A stretch of DNA of 64,000 bases from a virus: positions 32,001-96,000 of the IMG/VR virus record IMGVR_UViG_3300042882_000890; one strand, given 5' to 3'. Below the pieces are notes generated by a model. That model had not been told where the DNA came from. It worked only from the letters and a program-made list of their open reading frames with translations, and did no database searches. This document shows, piece by piece, positions 1 to 9,209 of this stretch; position 1 is the first letter of the stretch; each line of letters opens with the position of its first letter. The position numbers and the translations under genes were made by a program.

Positions 1-20
1 TAATACATTCAGTAAGTGAG

Positions 21-209
21 ATGTACCAAGCATACACCAAAGAAGAACTAGATGCCCTAGAAGATACATTCTATCACGAGGGAGTAGATTATCTAGTTGT
101 CGAGGAATACTTCGGGGAGATAGTTGTAACCAATAACGCATTAGTTAGTTTGTTGAAAGGTAATTGGGGGGGCAATATACCCTCAATTACGAATAATGCA
201 ACAAAATAG
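21..209 (+). CDS. hypothetical early protein
   Basis: ORF track; acidic, same strand as neighbouring genes. Confidence 0.45.
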   Translation: MYQAYTKEELDALEDTFYHEGVDYLVVEEYFGEIVVTNNALVSLLKGNWGGNIPSITNNATK

Positions 210-284
210 GGGGGGCAAATTGTCTAACCCCCGTAAATTTCGATACCTACCTTGTGGGATTCTCAATAAAAGTACAAAATCATT

Positions 285-500
285 ATGAATAATATAATCG
301 GGCAGTCAGAAGAAACAGCAAAAATGGAAGAAAAATTAGCTAATTTAATAGTGGGAGCAGTCCTAAGTGGGCAAAGAAGTGTAATGGTAGGTTCAATAGA
401 AGTAAATTGGAAACCCTTGAAGAGCCAACTATCCAAGAAAGAACGTGAAACCCAAGCAAACAAGATAGCCAAAGAGAGTATCAAGGCACTAAAAAGCTAG
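285..500 (+). CDS. hypothetical early protein
   Basis: ORF with A-rich leader. Confidence 0.55.
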   Translation: MNNIIGQSEETAKMEEKLANLIVGAVLSGQRSVMVGSIEVNWKPLKSQLSKKERETQANKIAKESIKALKS

Positions 501-698
501 GGGGGGAGCATAAGTTACAGATTGAAACCAAAGGGGGTGCAGTCAGTTACAGATTGTAATCAGATTGTGGGGGTTTTGTTGAAAAACGTAACGTTTATAA
601 GGGGTGGACAGCCCCCTCCTACGATATTAGCCCTTTGTTTTGGGGTTGGAGTTTTAGATTAGATTGTTTAATGTACATATACAAAATTTTATACAGAT

Positions 699-1004
699 AT
701 GGAAAGGTTACAAAAGATTGCTCTTATACGGAGTGTAGTTAAAGTTTGGGGAGATTTTCCTCCTAGTGCGGTAGATGAAAATTTTGGTCTGAGTGTTGGA
801 GAGTTAGGACGGCTAATAGCGTTGATTGATTTCTTGTCTTTAGATTGTATCGAGGTTTCTATATATGATACTACTAGTTCTTCTAGTTCTAGTTTGGTTG
901 ATTATACTATTCCTTATTCGGAACTAGAGGATTCAGTTTTAGATGAGTTAGTTTTATTATCTAGGAAGTATAATGAAGTTATGCTAGAACAAGAGCAAGA
1001 GTAG
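699..1004 (+). CDS. hypothetical acidic protein
   Basis: 101-aa ORF. Confidence 0.6.
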   Translation: MERLQKIALIRSVVKVWGDFPPSAVDENFGLSVGELGRLIALIDFLSLDCIEVSIYDTTSSSSSSLVDYTIPYSELEDSVLDELVLLSRKYNEVMLEQEQE

Positions 1005-1045
1005 TTTGGCTGTTTTTTTATAAACCCCGAAATTTTATTACAATT

Positions 1046-1210
1046 ATGGAGAAAGTATTATGCAAAGAAACTAACACACTAGTTAGTTTGATTCATCAAG
1101 GTTTTGATATTGCTATTATCAAGAGGGATTCTAGCGATAACCAAGAAAGTGTTAATGTTAGAACACTAGCTATCAAGAAAAGGCAAAGACCAAAAAAGTT
1201 TAAATTTTAA
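1046..1210 (+). CDS. small hypothetical protein (54 aa, not in ORF track)
   Basis: MEKVLCKETN...PKKFKF*, read manually. Confidence 0.45.
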   Translation: MEKVLCKETNTLVSLIHQGFDIAIIKRDSSDNQESVNVRTLAIKKRQRPKKFKF

Positions 1211-1219
1211 CATTTATTA

Positions 1220-1251
1220 TTTGCACAAGTCAGAAACATTACTTATCTTTA
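1220..1251 (+). promoter_or_regulatory. Bacteroidota sigma70-type promoter
   Basis: TTTG-N20-TATCTTTA upstream of 1277. Confidence 0.7.
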
Positions 1252-1276
1252 CCAAGAATTTAAAACACTATCAAAG

Positions 1277-1606
1277 ATGAATTACACAAGATTTTTAAAC
1301 CAAGATTTAGACAACCTAGAAGCAGAAGTATCTAACTACTTCTCACAGCTACTAGAACAGCAAGAAGAGTTCGTAATCTTTTCAGAGGAAGACCTAGAAC
1401 ACGACAGCCCCGATGATTATCTCGAAATGAGAAACGACATCACGGGAGAAGTATTTGATGTACACCCGTTGAAAGTTACCGATAGAGGTATCGAGGTTAT
1501 CGAAGCAGACGGGAGTTTAGCAAAACACCTAGTTAGGTTATCCGACCTATCTAGCATTCAAGACCGAATTAACTTATGTGAATTAATGGAAAACCTTTTA
1601 GACTAA
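1277..1606 (+). CDS. hypothetical acidic early protein
   Basis: ORF directly after promoter. Confidence 0.75.
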   Translation: MNYTRFLNQDLDNLEAEVSNYFSQLLEQQEEFVIFSEEDLEHDSPDDYLEMRNDITGEVFDVHPLKVTDRGIEVIEADGSLAKHLVRLSDLSSIQDRINLCELMENLLD

Positions 1607-1611
1607 CTAAT

Positions 1612-2097
1612 ATGAAATCAGTACACGAATTATCAGCAGAAGAGTTACAAGAGTTACGCTCAAACTATTTTCACAGACATTTGACAGATGATGAAATAGA
1701 AGAGAACGATTGGAGTTACGAAAGCGAAGAAGAAATCCCTATGGATATTGTAATAGCATACTACGAGGGTACTTACTTTGTAGAGGAAGACTTCTTCTGT
1801 AATATTACAGATGATGAAGAATTAAGCTACTATGAAGTTTATGATGAATTGACAAATAAGAACTTATTTATTCAAGCACACAGCAACGAACAAGCAATAG
1901 AGTTATCAGAAACTATTGATTTTGATGATTACGAAAATAACGATAGAGTTGATTTAATTTCAAATAAGTTTATTTGTAATTGTTGTGGGGGATTCTTCCC
2001 TAGAGAAGAAATGGATTTTGACGTTGATGACGACCAAGACCTATGTAAGAATTGTAATTACCAATCGTATAACGAAGCCCCTTACGGACAAGATTAA
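1612..2097 (+). CDS. very acidic protein with C-terminal Cys4 zinc-finger-like motif
   Basis: CNCC...CKNC; D/E-rich. Confidence 0.7.
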   Translation: MKSVHELSAEELQELRSNYFHRHLTDDEIEENDWSYESEEEIPMDIVIAYYEGTYFVEEDFFCNITDDEELSYYEVYDELTNKNLFIQAHSNEQAIELSETIDFDDYENNDRVDLISNKFICNCCGGFFPREEMDFDVDDDQDLCKNCNYQSYNEAPYGQD

Positions 2098-2107
2098 ATT
2101 AGCTAAT

Positions 2108-2551
2108 ATGAAAACACAGAAAGTAGTTTTTGAACAAGGTAACAAACAAGTTATCCAAGAGGGTAATATCTTCTTCAATAGAATTTTTGAAAATTGCGAA
2201 ACTTTTGAAAGCCAAGACTTCAATACACTAGAGAAAGCGAAGCTAGATTTAGGTATTGCTCCCACTACCCAAGAGAGTAATAAATTGATAGCCGAGTTTA
2301 TGGAACACCATAATAATATGGGAAACAAAGGTTTACAATATCATTCCGATTGGAATTGGTTAATGGAAGTGGTTGAGAAAATTGAGAGCAAAGGTTTTGA
2401 TGTATTTATAAACACTTTTGTTTGTAGAATTTCAGATGTTGGAGAAGACAGATTTGAAGATATTGAAACATTTAATTCAGCTAGTAAAATCCAAGCAGTT
2501 CATTCAGCAGTAGTAGAGTTTATCAAATGGTATAACAATCAAATTAACTAA
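2108..2551 (+). CDS. hypothetical phage protein (YHSDWNWLMEVVEKIE motif)
   Basis: start moved to ATG 2108, after the upstream stop. Confidence 0.7.
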   Translation: MKTQKVVFEQGNKQVIQEGNIFFNRIFENCETFESQDFNTLEKAKLDLGIAPTTQESNKLIAEFMEHHNNMGNKGLQYHSDWNWLMEVVEKIESKGFDVFINTFVCRISDVGEDRFEDIETFNSASKIQAVHSAVVEFIKWYNNQIN

Positions 2552-2595
2552 TTTAACCTTTTTTTTAAAAACGCCCAAAAATAATTTAAAAAAAG

Positions 2596-2627
2596 TTTGG
2601 TAGTTTCGGAAACAAGTCGTATATTTG
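2596..2627 (+). promoter_or_regulatory. Bacteroidota sigma70-type promoter
   Basis: TTTG-N20-TATATTTG. Confidence 0.8.
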
Positions 2628-2651
2628 TTCAAGATTTAAAACAAACAAGTT

Positions 2652-2795
2652 ATGATAAGATTAAACCTTTCAATCAGCAGAAGTCGTTATTTCGACAGCC
2701 AAAAAGATTTAGCAGAGTTTCTAGGTATCAAGAATACCTCGAAGAAAGCAATCGAGAGTAGATGTAGAGTATTAAGTTTTGAAGTAGAATTTTAA
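2652..2795 (+). CDS. small HTH-like protein (47 aa, not in ORF track)
   Basis: YFDSQKDLAEFLGIKNTSKKAI resembles a short HTH; first ORF after promoter. Confidence 0.5.
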   Translation: MIRLNLSISRSRYFDSQKDLAEFLGIKNTSKKAIESRCRVLSFEVEF

Positions 2796-2805
2796 ATTAA
2801 GTAAT

Positions 2806-3012
2806 ATGATTAGCGAAAACAGAGAAAAAATTAAACAATTATTGTTTGATAGATTTAACACTTCATTCGAGGTAAGTTATAGTGGATTTTGGTGGGAGAT
2901 ATTCCCAACAGATACTCTAAAATTAGCAGAGCGTTTAGAAGTAGATGCGTACAGCGATGATTTTTTGAGTGATGTTGATAAAATTGAAGTAGCAATTAAT
3001 ACCTTATTTTAA
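2806..3012 (+). CDS. hypothetical protein
   Basis: tightly packed ORF. Confidence 0.65.
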   Translation: MISENREKIKQLLFDRFNTSFEVSYSGFWWEIFPTDTLKLAERLEVDAYSDDFLSDVDKIEVAINTLF

Positions 3013-3022
3013 ATTAGATAGT

Positions 3023-3316
3023 ATGAAGACAGCAGTAGTTTTTAAGAAGATTCAGTTTTTTGGAAATTCAACAGAGGATTTAAAGGGCATTGAAGAAGTC
3101 AACGCTATCTTCCCCGAACATAGCCGAACAGACAGCAGAGGAGAATTGTTATATGAGGGCTATGCTCACATAGGACAGCACACAGAAATCCACGAGGATT
3201 TTTTAAACCACGCCAAAATCGGCAACCATACTTCCGTGTCAGCAACACCCGAAGAGTACGCAGAACTCAAAGCAGAACTAGAACAAATTGGTTACGAATT
3301 AGAAATCTTAAATTAA
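3023..3316 (+). CDS. hypothetical protein
   Basis: tightly packed ORF. Confidence 0.7.
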   Translation: MKTAVVFKKIQFFGNSTEDLKGIEEVNAIFPEHSRTDSRGELLYEGYAHIGQHTEIHEDFLNHAKIGNHTSVSATPEEYAELKAELEQIGYELEILN

Positions 3317-3321
3317 TTAGT

Positions 3322-3648
3322 ATGATACACGAAATAGCACATAAGTTCGGAATGGATACCAACGGGTATGCTTCCTTTCACAACGAGAATTTTTTGAACA
3401 GCCCCGATTTGCCTTGTTACATACCGGAAAATGCAGAGGATAAAAACGACATTTTTACCCGTAATGATTTGCGAAGAGAGGTAGAGGAATGGTTAGATAC
3501 AGAGGAAGCCAAAGACTATCTAGTTGAAGCGTATGACGGAGTTGCTCCCGAAGTTAACGAGGAGTTTATAAATAACTTTGTTGTAAATGTTTACGAGAGT
3601 TTAACGTGGGAATACCCAAGCACTTATTTAGATAACCTTTTAAATTAG
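3322..3648 (+). CDS. hypothetical acidic protein
   Basis: tightly packed ORF. Confidence 0.7.
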   Translation: MIHEIAHKFGMDTNGYASFHNENFLNSPDLPCYIPENAEDKNDIFTRNDLRREVEEWLDTEEAKDYLVEAYDGVAPEVNEEFINNFVVNVYESLTWEYPSTYLDNLLN

Positions 3649-3653
3649 TTTAT

Positions 3654-4040
3654 ATGAGAACAGCATACGAGTTGTACCAAGTGGCTTTTATAAGACACAG
3701 CGATAGTAGTATGAGTATCGAAGCCCTAGACAGAAAGGGTAGAGTTTTTGTTGCCCACTTGAAACGTACCGATGACAGATATTGGGAGGGAGTTACAGAC
3801 TTTAGGGGTTTAACCAACAGAAAAGTTTTTAAAGGTATTATCCAAGAGTTTCTCCAAGACCTAGTTAACGAAGTCAGAGAGTATGACAAGCGTTGGTATG
3901 ACTTACATTGTATGGTTCGAGTAGAAGAAAACGGAAACAGACCGCTAACGTGGGAAGAAACGTATAGTAGAGGATTTATTAACGAAGACGAGCCGACATT
4001 CAAAGGTGGAGTAACATTTTTAGTTCAAAGATATGAGTAG
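3654..4040 (+). CDS. hypothetical protein
   Basis: tightly packed ORF. Confidence 0.7.
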   Translation: MRTAYELYQVAFIRHSDSSMSIEALDRKGRVFVAHLKRTDDRYWEGVTDFRGLTNRKVFKGIIQEFLQDLVNEVREYDKRWYDLHCMVRVEENGNRPLTWEETYSRGFINEDEPTFKGGVTFLVQRYE

Positions 4041-4263
4041 TAGTAGTATTCAAGAAAATTCAGTAGTGTACTTCAAAGATGATAGAAGTAAGCACCCGTA
4101 CCTAGTACACCAAGTATTAGACAAGAACAATATAATTTTAGGGTTGAAAGACTTTCCGGAAATTGAGCAAGACTTTACAGTATCAGAAGATGATATTAGT
4201 TTATTCAAAGCAGGATTGGAAAGGGATTCAGCAGAGGGATTAATACAAGAACTTTTAAATTAG
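4033..4263 (+). CDS. hypothetical protein
   Basis: overlaps upstream stop. Confidence 0.65.
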   Translation: MSSSSIQENSVVYFKDDRSKHPYLVHQVLDKNNIILGLKDFPEIEQDFTVSEDDISLFKAGLERDSAEGLIQELLN

Positions 4264-4599
4264 CTAATATGAAACAGAACGTATTTGTATTTTTAATGGC
4301 TTGTGGGTTTGCTTATCTTACTCACGCTCTTTGTGGGGGAATAACTCTTTCATTTTGGCAACAAGTCGTAGGATTTTCGGTTTGCCTAGTTTTTTGGCTG
4401 TTGTTTTTTGCTCCGGCATTTATTTTAAAAGATAATAAATTATGAAGTGTACATTAAGTAACTTAGATAAAGTGTTTAAAATAATCTATGAACAGCATTT
4501 AGATAATTATGAACACGCTGAATTTGATGATGAAACAGATTTGTTAAGTGCGGTAGAAAGCGTTATAAGACAAATAGAAGAAAAATAATTGTAAAAAAG

Positions 4600-4631
4600 T
4601 TTGGTAGATTAAAAACTTAATCGTACATTTG
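4600..4631 (+). promoter_or_regulatory. Bacteroidota sigma70-type promoter
   Basis: TTTG-N20-TACATTTG. Confidence 0.8.
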
Positions 4632-4689
4632 TCAAACAAAACAGAGGGATAGCCGAAACCCTAACATAGTAGGCACAAAAACTATAATT

Positions 4690-4992
4690 ATGAAAAGAAC
4701 AATCGGACAGACTTTACTAGCAGTAGAGCAAAATTTAAGTAGTGTATTCACTAAAGAAGACGTAGTGGAGTTATTAAGAAACATCGAGGAAGAAGCAGAA
4801 CTTTCTGACTATAAGAAAGATGAGATTATCAACGACATTATGCAGTCGATTGAGAGTGAAGAAAGCAACCTTGTTGATAGAGATAGTATTAGATTAACAA
4901 TCGACAGCAGTAACTATATTAGCATAGATAGTTTTGACGTTGAGTTCGGCTTAATCAGAAACGTAGTCAAAGACATAATCGAAAACTTGTAG
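4690..4992 (+). CDS. hypothetical acidic protein
   Basis: ORF after promoter. Confidence 0.7.
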   Translation: MKRTIGQTLLAVEQNLSSVFTKEDVVELLRNIEEEAELSDYKKDEIINDIMQSIESEESNLVDRDSIRLTIDSSNYISIDSFDVEFGLIRNVVKDIIENL

Positions 4993-4993
4993 T

Positions 4994-5320
4994 ATGAAAA
5001 TAGATTATACACCAAGACAGCTAGAAGTAATTGACTTTTTAGATAAGTTAGTTCAAAATCGTTTCAATATGGAAACTCTAAATAAAAAGCTATCAGACTT
5101 TTTTGGAGAGCCGATTGAACTAGAGAACAACACACAAGCTAGATTAGACAGCGGAGATTTTACTTGTGATGAAGACCTACCGGCAGATTATAATTTGATG
5201 TTCAACCTAGAACGTGAAGACCAATACGGGTATTTTGATATCTATATGTTACCTATGCGTAGAGAGGGTTTTGAGGGAAGTACAATGTATATAACAGAAG
5301 TAGGATATGAGTTCGATTAA
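4994..5320 (+). CDS. hypothetical acidic protein
   Basis: coupled ORF. Confidence 0.7.
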   Translation: MKIDYTPRQLEVIDFLDKLVQNRFNMETLNKKLSDFFGEPIELENNTQARLDSGDFTCDEDLPADYNLMFNLEREDQYGYFDIYMLPMRREGFEGSTMYITEVGYEFD

Positions 5321-5519
5321 ATTACACGACACAGACTATGTTCTGTGGGATAAAGCCAACGACAGATTAGTTACTTTTAATGACGGAGAAGTTATTATCT
5401 ATGGCGACAGAGAAGAAGCAGAAGAGGATTGTTATGGTAACGAGTATGTTACTAGATGTACAGATTTGCCCGAACATCATAAAGAAGCCCTAAAAAAACA
5501 AATTGAAAAATATTCCTAA
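5307..5519 (+). CDS. hypothetical protein
   Basis: coupled ORF. Confidence 0.65.
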   Translation: MSSIKLHDTDYVLWDKANDRLVTFNDGEVIIYGDREEAEEDCYGNEYVTRCTDLPEHHKEALKKQIEKYS

Positions 5520-5525
5520 AAAAGT

Positions 5526-5555
5526 TTTGTAGTTTCGTAAAAAGTTGTATCTTTA
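5526..5555 (+). promoter_or_regulatory. Bacteroidota sigma70-type promoter
   Basis: TTTG-N18-TATCTTTA. Confidence 0.6.
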
Positions 5556-5578
5556 CGGAGAATTTAAAATCAGAAATT

Positions 5579-6073
5579 ATGTGTAAAAAAACTATCAGAG
5601 AGAGAGTGCTAGAGCAAATTGACCTAGTAGAAGAGTTACAAAGTGTAGCCGGAATAAACATCGTTAATTGTGGTAATTGTGGTTCAGTTCTTCTTCACAA
5701 AATTATTCCACTAACAATGGATACACCACTAGAAGATTACGACATAACTTGTCCTTATTGTGATTTCACTAGCGAACCTTGTGATTTCCCCGACTTTTTA
5801 TATCGTGGTATGGAGCATTCGTTAATTATGGATATTGTATTAGCTAGTTTAAGAAAAAATGATACTTTATCTATCGACCAAGCCAAGAGCGTTGAAGATG
5901 CTATTAATAATGGCTACATAGATACTTGCGATATTTTTGAGGATTTCGTTGGATACGTTTCTGAAAATGCAACTATTGACCACGATACATTAATGGACTA
6001 TCAAGAACACTATCAGAATTTATTGTCGCACAAAGAAAATTTAAAAATAATTAAAGAAAGTTTTGGTAATTAG
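5579..6073 (+). CDS. zinc-ribbon-containing hypothetical protein
   Basis: CGNC...CPYC. Confidence 0.7.
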   Translation: MCKKTIRERVLEQIDLVEELQSVAGINIVNCGNCGSVLLHKIIPLTMDTPLEDYDITCPYCDFTSEPCDFPDFLYRGMEHSLIMDIVLASLRKNDTLSIDQAKSVEDAINNGYIDTCDIFEDFVGYVSENATIDHDTLMDYQEHYQNLLSHKENLKIIKESFGN

Positions 6074-6092
6074 AGAAAAAGTAGTATCTTTA
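6062..6092 (+). promoter_or_regulatory. Bacteroidota sigma70-type promoter
   Basis: TTTG-N19-TATCTTTA. Confidence 0.65.
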
Positions 6093-6115
6093 CCAAGAAT
6101 TTAAAACCTATCAGT

Positions 6116-6316
6116 ATGAAATTAGTAAAACAACATCGAGAAGCGTTGATAAACGAACTCGATAAAGCCAAAGAAGAAAAAGATTTGGCAGAATTGGTTA
6201 TCCAAAACAAGACAGATGACCATTTAGACGGGTGGCACGACATTAGTTTGTTTATGGCTCAACAGAAAATTAAGTTGATTGAGCAAAGTTTAATTGATAA
6301 CCAAATTGATTTTTAG
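6116..6316 (+). CDS. hypothetical protein
   Basis: ORF after promoter. Confidence 0.65.
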   Translation: MKLVKQHREALINELDKAKEEKDLAELVIQNKTDDHLDGWHDISLFMAQQKIKLIEQSLIDNQIDF

Positions 6317-6317
6317 T

Positions 6318-6560
6318 ATGGAAGCAAAACCGCAATTAAGAAAAGAAGATTTATTGGATTGGTTATTTTCAGAAAACGATGATGTAAATTGGTTAGGGTT
6401 TAAAATAATTAAACAGCTACAAAATACCGGTAGTGCAAAAATTACCATACAAGAGTTGTTTGATGAGTGCGAGTACATTCCGGCACACATTCTTCTGAAC
6501 GAAGAGGAATTTGATGAGGAAGATGAATTTAAACCAAGTGAAGTTGAATTAATAAATTAG
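6318..6560 (+). CDS. hypothetical acidic protein
   Basis: start moved to ATG 6318. Confidence 0.65.
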   Translation: MEAKPQLRKEDLLDWLFSENDDVNWLGFKIIKQLQNTGSAKITIQELFDECEYIPAHILLNEEEFDEEDEFKPSEVELIN

Positions 6561-6565
6561 TTAGT

Positions 6566-6934
6566 ATGATTAGAGATTTTGACGAGTTAAGAGATATTGC
6601 TATCCGAATGGTTGATAACCTAGTGGAGCAAGGGCTTATTAAAGATTGCACAGACGAACCCGATGACAGCACCGAGTTTGATGTACAAGACTTATTAATG
6701 GAAACATTGATAGACAGCTTACGACAAGACGATTGTATTACCCCTAACGGAGTTGTAGTAGGTAATGTAGAGTTGAAAGAGATTAACGAAGACTATCGTA
6801 TTGCTTTTATAAGTGTTGATGATATTCCTCTAGGTATCTTCACTTTGTTCTATGATGACTATGACGGGGAAGAAGAGCCAAGACCTTATGTTACTATTGA
6901 TTACAATATAACGTATGTTGATGAATTAATCTAA
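6566..6934 (+). CDS. very acidic hypothetical protein
   Basis: D/E-rich ORF. Confidence 0.7.
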   Translation: MIRDFDELRDIAIRMVDNLVEQGLIKDCTDEPDDSTEFDVQDLLMETLIDSLRQDDCITPNGVVVGNVELKEINEDYRIAFISVDDIPLGIFTLFYDDYDGEEEPRPYVTIDYNITYVDELI

Positions 6935-6940
6935 AAAAAG

Positions 6941-6972
6941 TTTGCATAATTAGAAAAAAAGTATTATCTTTG
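6941..6972 (+). promoter_or_regulatory. Bacteroidota sigma70-type promoter
   Basis: TTTG-N20-TATCTTTG. Confidence 0.85.
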
Positions 6973-6988
6973 TAAAAAATTTAACAAT

Positions 6989-7732
6989 ATGAAAACAAAA
7001 GTAGTAGTATTTAAAACCGGCAGAGAGTTGCAAGAGTTTTTAAAAGGTGTAGAATATATGCCTTCAATGTTCAACAGAAAAGTAAAAGATAGCCACGTCA
7101 AAAATATGACTAGGAGCATAAAAGAGATTGGCATACAAAGGGTATTCAATATCATTGAAAGTAAATCCTTTGGAGGAGCAAAAACTCTTTATTATGCAGA
7201 CGGACAACATCTAGGTAAAGGTGTACTAAACATTCCGGAGGGAGATTTAAAAGGAGGTTTTGTAGCTTTTATCAACAAAGTAGAAAGCATAGAAAACATA
7301 ATTCCTTTTGTGTCTTTGATGAACTCAACAGCAAAAAATTGGACATTAAATGATTATCTAAACGCTTGGGTTACACACGGATTAGAAGACTATGATTATT
7401 TAAGAAACATAAGTCTAAAGACGGGTTATGGACTATCGGGATTAATAGAAGCATTTTCAAGTAAAGTTTGTAGTGGTAATACAGATTTTAAAAATGGAGT
7501 TTTTGTAGCAAACAAGGAAAATGGAGCAAGATTAATTGAGTTACACAAAAAAGCAGTTGCAATGGGGCTAAGAAATTGTAATTCTTCCTTTTTAGCAGTA
7601 GTAAGGTTTTTTGTAACTAACCCCGAAATTGATGAGGTTAAATTCTTGAAAGGGATAATCAAGGACAAGCATTTTGCAAACAAATTTAACAGAGATAGTT
7701 TTATTTCTCTTTTTAAAACAATTAATTATTAA
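6989..7732 (+). CDS. ParB/Srx-fold-like protein
   Basis: NR..KDSHVKNM..SI and YYADGQHL (DGQHR-like) motifs. Confidence 0.55.
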   Translation: MKTKVVVFKTGRELQEFLKGVEYMPSMFNRKVKDSHVKNMTRSIKEIGIQRVFNIIESKSFGGAKTLYYADGQHLGKGVLNIPEGDLKGGFVAFINKVESIENIIPFVSLMNSTAKNWTLNDYLNAWVTHGLEDYDYLRNISLKTGYGLSGLIEAFSSKVCSGNTDFKNGVFVANKENGARLIELHKKAVAMGLRNCNSSFLAVVRFFVTNPEIDEVKFLKGIIKDKHFANKFNRDSFISLFKTINY

Positions 7733-7738
7733 AGAAAA

Positions 7739-7770
7739 TTTGGTAGATTAGAAAAAAAGTATTATCTTTG
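7739..7770 (+). promoter_or_regulatory. Bacteroidota sigma70-type promoter
   Basis: TTTG-N20-TATCTTTG; near-duplicate of the promoter at 6941. Confidence 0.85.
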
Positions 7771-7791
7771 TAAAAAATTAAAAACAAAAAA

Positions 7792-8076
7792 ATGAAAGAA
7801 ACAAAAGTAGAAATTGTTGTATCAGAGAATCAAGTAGTAGCAAAATCAACAGAGAGAGTTGTTGGTATCACTAAAAACTCAAAAGGTATTAATGTGGTAC
7901 ATTTCAAAACACCCACTTCAAAAGTGGGAAAAGAGTTAGGAGTAAAAAGCTATTTGTCAGAAGACGAGTTAATCAAAAATTCACTTATCGGGCTTTCAGA
8001 CGAAGCAATCCTAGATTTGCACATATCTTTATCTTGCTATGTTGAAGAAATATTAGGAGTTACAACAGAAAAGTAA
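7792..8076 (+). CDS. hypothetical protein
   Basis: ORF after promoter. Confidence 0.7.
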   Translation: MKETKVEIVVSENQVVAKSTERVVGITKNSKGINVVHFKTPTSKVGKELGVKSYLSEDELIKNSLIGLSDEAILDLHISLSCYVEEILGVTTEK

Positions 8077-8083
8077 TCAATCA

Positions 8084-8106
8084 TTCCCCCTTTCGAGGGG
8101 GGGTTT
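8084..8106 (+). terminator. probable intrinsic terminator
   Basis: CCCCCT-TTCG-AGGGGG hairpin followed by a short T run. Confidence 0.55.
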
Positions 8107-8119
8107 AAAAACTATTAAG

Positions 8120-8497
8120 ATGAGTAAAATAACAGCAGAACAAAGATTAGTCCTTATAAGACAAGATGTAGCAAGACTACTAGAGCAATTACCGGAAGCA
8201 TTATTAGAAACACATATCGAGGGTTTTGAAAACTTAGGGGTAGTATTAAGCAATATTCAAATTGCTTCTGACCAAACAGACAGAGAGCCGGAACACTGGC
8301 TTGTAACGTGGTACGAAGTGTTTAGAATTGACGAAGAAGACGGTACAGAAACTATCGCTAATTTTGACACAGAGAAACAAGCCAAAGACTTTATGTATGA
8401 TTACTCAATGAGATATCCGGACATAGAGTTAGGTTATGATGAGTGGCAAAGTAACGCAGACGGAAGCGGAGTAGAAAAATTATATCCATTTAATTAA
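8120..8497 (+). CDS. hypothetical acidic protein
   Basis: ORF. Confidence 0.7.
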   Translation: MSKITAEQRLVLIRQDVARLLEQLPEALLETHIEGFENLGVVLSNIQIASDQTDREPEHWLVTWYEVFRIDEEDGTETIANFDTEKQAKDFMYDYSMRYPDIELGYDEWQSNADGSGVEKLYPFN

Positions 8498-8507
8498 ACT
8501 AACTAAT

Positions 8508-8735
8508 ATGAGATTTTCAGTAGAATATAACCCAAGTATCTCTAAACACGCAGAGAGATTTATTCAATCAGAAATTACAGCAAGTATGACTTCCGATGAC
8601 GGAGATACTAACCAATACCTAATAGCTTTTGTAGTAGAAAGTTTAGAAGGAGAGAACCAAGACGAAGTGTTTAACCAAGACATATCTTATCTAAAACAAC
8701 TTTTAGACCAAGATGTTGCTTATATCGAGATTTAA
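8508..8735 (+). CDS. hypothetical acidic protein
   Basis: ORF. Confidence 0.65.
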   Translation: MRFSVEYNPSISKHAERFIQSEITASMTSDDGDTNQYLIAFVVESLEGENQDEVFNQDISYLKQLLDQDVAYIEI

Positions 8736-8737
8736 TT

Positions 8738-8974
8738 ATGGGTGGATTTTTAATAAGCAATATCCCAATGAAGATAATAACTTCAACGGGAACTATAAAT
8801 GCAAAGGCTTCTCTTAGCCCAAGCAAAATGGAAATGAAACCTTTGGGTACAGAGATTCAAGACTATGTAAAAGGAATTGTGAACGAAGAGATAAGAACAG
8901 CAGAAAACGTGGCTTATTTCAAAGGTTTAGTATTAGAAGTATTAAAAGAACAAGGTTTAATTCAAATTAGTTAG
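8738..8974 (+). CDS. hypothetical protein
   Basis: coupled ORF. Confidence 0.6.
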   Translation: MGGFLISNIPMKIITSTGTINAKASLSPSKMEMKPLGTEIQDYVKGIVNEEIRTAENVAYFKGLVLEVLKEQGLIQIS

Positions 8975-8975
8975 T

Positions 8976-9209
8976 ATGAACATAACAATAAACATTTTAG
9001 AAGTAGCAAGTGAACTTGCTGACAAAGATTTAATCACTTCATTCGGAGATGAGGGTGGAAAGTATAGATTCCCAAATGGTATCGTAAGAAGTGTTGATGA
9101 AGATGACGATATGACCGAGTACACAGAAGAAGCCCAAGACTTCTTTAACGATAGATATGACTATTGGTGGGACTTTTTGTATTACCAAAAAATTGGAGCA
9201 AATGAGTAA
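8976..9209 (+). CDS. hypothetical acidic protein
   Basis: coupled ORF. Confidence 0.65.
   Translation: MNITINILEVASELADKDLITSFGDEGGKYRFPNGIVRSVDEDDDMTEYTEEAQDFFNDRYDYWWDFLYYQKIGANE

Noticed and set aside
870-897. CTAGTT micro-repeat encoding poly-Ser
   Set aside because: Short low-complexity slippage with no further structure.
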